Source: Octopus vulgaris
Taxonomy: Eukaryota
Assembly (NCBI GenBank): GCA_951406725.2
Contig: OX597833.1
Span: forward strand, 1,178,001-1,242,000
DNA length: 64,000 nucleotides
Reading direction: 5' to 3'
Of the stretch, positions 57,715 through 64,000 are shown in pieces. A program made the position numbers and the translations under genes. The notes under the pieces are model-generated. The model made no database searches. It had not been told where the DNA came from and saw nothing but the letters and a program-made list of their open reading frames with translations. Numbering within the stretch: position 1 is the stretch's first letter; every line of letters begins with the position of its first letter.

Positions 57715-58585
57715 TCTTTTTATTCGGTTCGGTCATTTCTTTGAGGCCATTCTGGGGCACCGCCTACAAGAAATTTTAGTTGAGGAATATCGACCCCGGT
57801 ATTTAATTCGTTTTTAAATCCTGGTACTTATTCTGTTGGTCATATTTCTCGAAACTATAAATTACAGGTACATAAACATACCAACACCGGTTGTGAAGTG
57901 GTAGTGAGGGACAGGCACAGATACACACACACACACTTACACACATACTCACACGCATATATTTGTATGTGTGTTTATGTATGTATATGTATATATAAAC
58001 ACACACACACACGCATATATATATATATGCTGGAAGCTCAATGGAGCAGTGGTTAGGGCAGCAAACTCGCGGTCGTAGAATCGCGGTTTCGATTCCCAGA
58101 CCGGGCGTTGAGAGTGTTTGCTGAACAAAAACAGCTTCACGAGGCTCCGTCAAGGGGGATCGAGTGGCGAACCCTGCTGTACTCTTTCACCACAACTTTC
58201 TCTCACTCTTTCTTCCTGTTTCCGTTGTACCTGTATTTCAAAGTGCCAGCCTTGTCACACTCTGTGTCACGCTAAATCTCCCCCGGGAAATACGTTAAGG
58301 ATACACTTGTCTGTGGAGTGCTCGGCCACTTGTACGTTAATTTCACGAGAATGCTGTTCCGTTGATCGGATCAACTGGAACCCTCGTCGTCGTAACCGAC
58401 GGAGTACCACGACATGTATATACGATTAGCTTCATTTAATCTCCGCCTATAAATCCATTCACACGGCCCTGGTCTGTACAAGGCTATAGTAGAAGACACT
58501 TGCCTACGGTGCCACACAATGGGAGTGAACCCGGAACCATATGGTTGGGAAGTAAACTTCTTACCACACAGTAACGTCTACGTCT
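57715..58585 (-). mobile_element. Old SINE family A split by a SINE C insertion
   Basis: 3' half at 57715-58030 and 5' half at 58415-58585. Confidence 0.75.
58031..58410 (+). mobile_element. SINE family C, tail type 1
   Basis: Colinear with 28371-28755. Confidence 0.85.
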
Positions 58586-58757
58586 ATAGTTGTTGACTGT
58601 GGGGCAGGTAATGTCTTTATCTTACTCGGTTTCTGGTAACCGTCCACACCAGGCACCCGCGTGGTGGTGGCACCCGTTTCGTCATATACGGTCCGTCTCT
58701 ACACTTCATACTACATGTAAACGAAATAACTCTTAAACGGCCAAGTATAAATCTTAC

Positions 58758-58880
58758 TTCTTTATGGCCCACAAGGGGCTAAACATAGAGGGGACAAACA
58801 AGGACAGACAAAGGGATTAAGTCGATTACATCAACCTCAGTGCGTAACTGGTACTTAACTTATCGACCCCGAAATGATGA
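58758..58880 (-). mobile_element. SINE family B 3' fragment
   Basis: cccacaaggggctaaacatagaggggacaaac...tatcgaccccgaaatgatga. Confidence 0.8.
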
Positions 58881-58935
58881 TAGGCCTAGTATAAATCTGA
58901 CAATTTTACTGCTGAATACAATTAGATGGATGGAT

Positions 58936-59318
58936 GGAAGCAGTCCGTCGGTTACGACGACGAGGGTTCCGGTTGACCCGAATCAACGGAACAGCCTGCT
59001 CGTGAAATTAACGTGTAAGTGGCTGAGCACTCCACAGACACGTGTACCCTTAACGTAGTTCTCGGGGATATTCAGCGTGACACAGAGAGTGACAAGGCCG
59101 GCCCTTTGAAATACAGTACAACAGAAACAGGAAGTAAGTGTGAGAGAAAGTTGTGGTGAAAGAGTACAGCAGGGATCACCACCATCCCCTGCTGGAGCCT
59201 CGTGGAGCTTTAGGTGTTTTCGCTCAATAAACACTAACAACGCCAAGTCTGGGAATCAAAACCGCGATCCTATGACTGCGAGTCCGCTGCCCTAACCACT
59301 GGGCCATTGCGCCTCCAC
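58936..59318 (-). mobile_element. SINE family C, tail type 1
   Basis: Reverse complement of 28371-28755; acaattagat flanks both ends (58918 and 59319). Confidence 0.9.
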
Positions 59319-59676
59319 ACAATTAGATATACAGGATATATACCCAAAACACCCGATATCTACGTACCCGAAATTCAACAGATTTTAACAAAGTGCATTT
59401 GAGACTTACAGATTTTGCAAGACGTTTTACGGTCGACTTACGACGTGGGTAAGTATGGACAGAGTAATCCATTCAGAGATTAAATCTGTGCGTTCTCTGT
59501 CCGCTTCGATGAACGAGCAAACATGGCTGTCATTCAAAGAAGGAATTGATTGAAAACGTAAACAGAATTTGTGATATATATTTCAATACGTATGTTTGAG
59601 CTTGTGTATAGATGCATAGCAATACATGCATATATATAAAAATATGCGTCTATACATAAATGTATATCTGTGTGGG

Positions 59677-59740
<64 letters not shown>

Positions 59741-59841
59741 GTGTGTGTGTATTTGTATATATACATATGTATATATATATATATAAGCACATATTCATGC
59801 ATATGTATGTATGTATATATATATATATATGTATGTGTATG

Positions 59842-59884
<43 letters not shown>

Positions 59885-60003
59885 GCATATACGTATATAT
59901 ACATACACACATATCTACGTATTCATACATATATATATGTATATATGTATATATATATGTATATATGTATATATATATGTATATATGTATATGTGTATAT
60001 ATA

Positions 60004-60070
<67 letters not shown>

Positions 60071-60758
60071 TATTTGTGTATAAGCTTAAAGCTTAGGGTG
60101 ATCACTGTGCTATGACTAAGGAACATAGTCCAATGAAAGGGCATATAAGCTCCCGATTGAAAAATAAAGAAGGCTTTCCAATCCGCGTGGGTGGTGGGTT
60201 CGAAAGAAAATGGAGAGAGGTAGAGGCAGAGGGACAAAAATGTTGAAAGTAAACCGTATTCTGCGTGAGAAATTACACCAGTATACGAAGCTGCAAACTG
60301 TTTGGTTAACAAAAATTAATTCTAAAAAAAAACTGTGAGGCAAATTGAAAGGATCCGTCCTTGTCTTATCATACGTAGCTGTGGCTGAAGACACTTACCG
60401 AAAATGCTACATGTACGATTGAATCTGAAAACCATGTGGTGTTTTCAAGAAATAGCGATGCGTTCACTGATTACTATCTACTTCATCCATATGTTGTGTG
60501 TGTGTGTATATGCGGGTATATGTGTCTGTGTGTCTGTGTTTATCTGTGTGTGTATTGAAAACACACTTTCTGCGCAGTGGCAGATATTTTATGCAGCTAT
60601 ATTTATGCCACTCAAGCATTTCAAGGTGTGCATACATTTGCACCGGCAGCATAAATATGCTAGTGATGCATATTGATGCATTTAAAACATTTGATAGATT
60701 GAATATAAATTGGAAAATTTTTGAATATGAATATCAATTGAAATGCATGCATACATAC

Positions 60759-60888
<130 letters not shown>

Positions 60889-61221
60889 ATATATAAATAT
60901 ATATATAAACATATATATATGTATATATATAAATATATATATATATAAATATATATATGTATATATATATATGTATATATATATGTATATATATATGTAT
61001 ATATATATATATGTATGTATGTATATATATTTATATGTATATATATATATATACATATATATATGTATATATATATATATAGATATATATATACATATAT
61101 ATATTTGTCTATCGATTAATGAGAGCGTTTGAATGTGAACTTGTGTACAACATTTATATGAGCACGTATATATATGTATATATATATATATATATATACA
61201 TATAATAATAAATAACGCGCG

Positions 61222-61272
<51 letters not shown>

Positions 61273-61583
61273 GTATGTATATGGTGATATGGATGCATGC
61301 ATTATCACAAAAATGCGTATATGCATATATCTAAGTATACCTAAGTATGTATATGTATGTATATATATATGACTACACATACACACAGAGGTTTGTGTGT
61401 GTATGTTTGTTTATGTGTGTGTCTGTGAGTATATAGTTTCGTGCACGTGTATATGTGTAACAACATTTGTTCATAAATATATAATTTCATCGATATGTTC
61501 AATTATTACTTGATAGAATTTCTTGGTTGTCTCCTAACGCATTAACTTCTACTTGGAATATTATCTTCATACGTCTCTTTTTT

Positions 61584-62495
61584 AGGCAACGAGCTAGCAG
61601 AAACGTTGGCACGCCGGGTGAAATGCTTAGAGGTATTTCGTTTGCCGTTACGTTCTGAGTTCAAATTCCGCCGAGGTCGACTTTGCCATTTCATCCTTTC
61701 GGCGTCGATTAAATAAGTACCAGTTAGGCACTGGGGTCGATATAATCGACTTAATCTGTTTGTCTGTTCTTGTTTGTCCCCTCTGTGTTTAGCCCCTTGT
61801 GGGTAGTAAAGAAATAGGTATTTCGTTTGCCGTTACGTTCTGAGTTCAAATTCCGCCGAGGTCGACTTCGCCATTCATCCTTTCGGCCTCGATTAAATAA
61901 GTACCAGTTAGGCACTGGGGTCGATATAATCGACTTAATCTGTTTGTCTGTTCTTGTTTGTCCCCTCTGTGTGTAGCCCCTTGTGGGTAGTAAAGAAATA
62001 GGTATTTCGTTTGCCGTTACGTTCTGAGTTAAAATTCCGCCGAGGTTGACTTTGCCTTTCATCCTTTCGGCCTCGATTAAATAAGTACCAGTTACGCACT
62101 GGGGTCGATATAATCGGCTTAATCCGTTTGTCTGTCCTCGTTTGTCTCCTCTGTGTTTAGCCCCTTGTGGGTAGTAAAGAAATAGGTATTTCGTCTGCCG
62201 CTGCGGAGCTCAAATTCCGCCGAGGTCAACTTTGCCTTTCATCTTTTCGGGGTCGATTGAATAAGTACCAGTTACGCACTGGGGTCGATGTAATCGACTT
62301 AATCCTTTTGTCTATCCTTGCTTGTCCTCTCTGTGTTTAGCCCCTTGTGGGTAGTAAAGAAATAGGTATCTCGTCTGTCTTTACCTTCTGAGTTCAAATT
62401 CCACCGAGGTCCACTTTGCCTTTCATCCTTTCGGGGTCGATAAATTAAGTACCAGTTGCATACTGGGGTCGATTTAATCAACTGGCTCCCTTCCC
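61584..62495 (+). mobile_element. SINE family B tandem array: one head, four full units, and a last unit with tail 2
   Basis: ggtat unit starts at 61632, 61817, 62001, 62185 and 62365. Confidence 0.9.
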
Positions 62496-63562
62496 CCTTC
62501 CCTCCGGCCCTCAAGCGTGTGTTTTCCTCTGCCTTCTCCCTTTTTTTCTATTTCTACTAATGTGGCCGGTTTCTGAGATCTATTTTGGTTTTTCCCGCCA
62601 TCACTTCGACACCCCAGAGCCATTCTTCACATCGACTTCTCAACCACGTTGTTGTGTCCATCATCCGTCATCCCAAGCCCTACACTGACCATTAATGTCC
62701 AGCTCTTTCCTCTCACACTATAACCATAATTCTATGGGCACCTTCTCTCTGCTACTGCTTTCTTTTCCGCGGGTCGTGACTCGCAACGGTTTAAACGGGT
62801 CATTAACGACAGCAAGTTTACACGCGCTCCACGGTTTGCAAAGATCCTGCGAACTGTCCCCTACCACCAGACACAACAGCGTTTATATGCGTGCGCACAC
62901 ATCACACACACATACACGCATATATATGTGCATGTATGTGTGTGTGTGTGTGTACGTGTGAGTACATGCGTATGTATATAAATATGTACATATAGGATAC
63001 AGAATGAAAGTTCGATAGATATATACAAACATGCATACCTACGTTCATACATAAATATACGTATGTGTGTGTGTGTGTGTATGTGTGTATTTGTGTGTAT
63101 GTATTTGTGTGTGTGTATGTGAGTGGGTTTGTGTGTGTGTGTGTGTACAGGTTTGTGTGTGTATTCATGTATGTATATACATGAATCCGCATTTAAATAT
63201 TTGTACATATTTAGAATTTCGGATGTTATCGACAGAGATAATTAAATATTTGTTCTGTGCTCGCGTTTCGTGCGCGTGTGCACGCGGGTGCGCATGAGTG
63301 TGTGCGTGTGTGTGTGTCTGTGTCTGTGTCTGTGTGTATGTGTCTGTGTGTGCTCGTGTCTGTGTGCGTCTGTGTGTGTGCAAGTCATTGATACCCAGGT
63401 ATTTCCTTGTGCAGGAAATGGAACAAAATACCCAATTAACTACGGGGTACCTTTTCGCGGTATCCACCCATCTGCATTGATTGATATGTTAAGGCGTGTG
63501 TTCACTTCGAGTTTATATGTGCGCGTTCACATCTTAATATCTGCTCATGTGGCACGAGCATG

Positions 63563-63615
<53 letters not shown>

Positions 63616-63639
63616 GTGTGTGTGTGTGTATATATATAT

Positions 63640-63698
<59 letters not shown>

Positions 63699-63845
63699 CT
63701 TTCACTGCCTTTCTATACTCGCCTTTATAGGTTAGGAAATCACTGAAGCGTAAATGCAATAATTTCAAACCTTAATCACTCAACCGTGACTAGTTCCCTA
63801 TTCCTGCAATCCTGTCTTATTTTTATTTGAGATTTCATTTCCCAC

Positions 63846-63873
63846 CTGTTGCCCTCTTCTTCTGCGTCAGCAT
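63846..63873 (-). CDS. Candidate first coding exon MLTQKKRAT (phase 1)
   Basis: gccATG context and donor CAG|gtggga in unique sequence; short, so it could be chance. Confidence 0.25.
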
Positions 63874-64000
63874 GGCTTAGAATCGATTAGGCCAGAGAGG
63901 AGGTGTCGATGGATTTAAGGAGGAAGTGGTGGTGATGTTAGGAAACATGGAGGATTTTTATGAGAGGCATGAAGAGTTAGCGTATGCGAGCGTGCATGAG

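Overview
Eukaryotic, AT-rich, almost entirely non-coding DNA saturated with (TA)n, (CA)n, (GATA)n, (TAA)n and (CAT)n microsatellites; nearly all ORF-track entries are translated microsatellites. The repeat content resembles an octopod cephalopod (Octopus) genome, inferred from recalled SINE families rather than a search. It contains four tRNA-headed SINE families (called A, B, C, F here), R4/Dong-type and HERO-type LINE 3' ends, a Tx1/L1-like 3' end, a Penelope-like RT remnant, three Tc1/mariner remnants, non-autonomous Helitrons and several palindromes. A few unique islands with splice signals suggest a large-intron gene on the minus strand. The most striking signal is a set of hammerhead ribozyme motifs inside retroelements: two canonical type I copies with covarying stems (45792-45878 +, 49408-49500 -), several minimal or degenerate variants, and two motifs in unrelated elements (47141-47215 and 35872-35937) whose three strands are in a non-circularly permuted, pseudoknot-like order. 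Family names are working labels and element boundaries are approximate.
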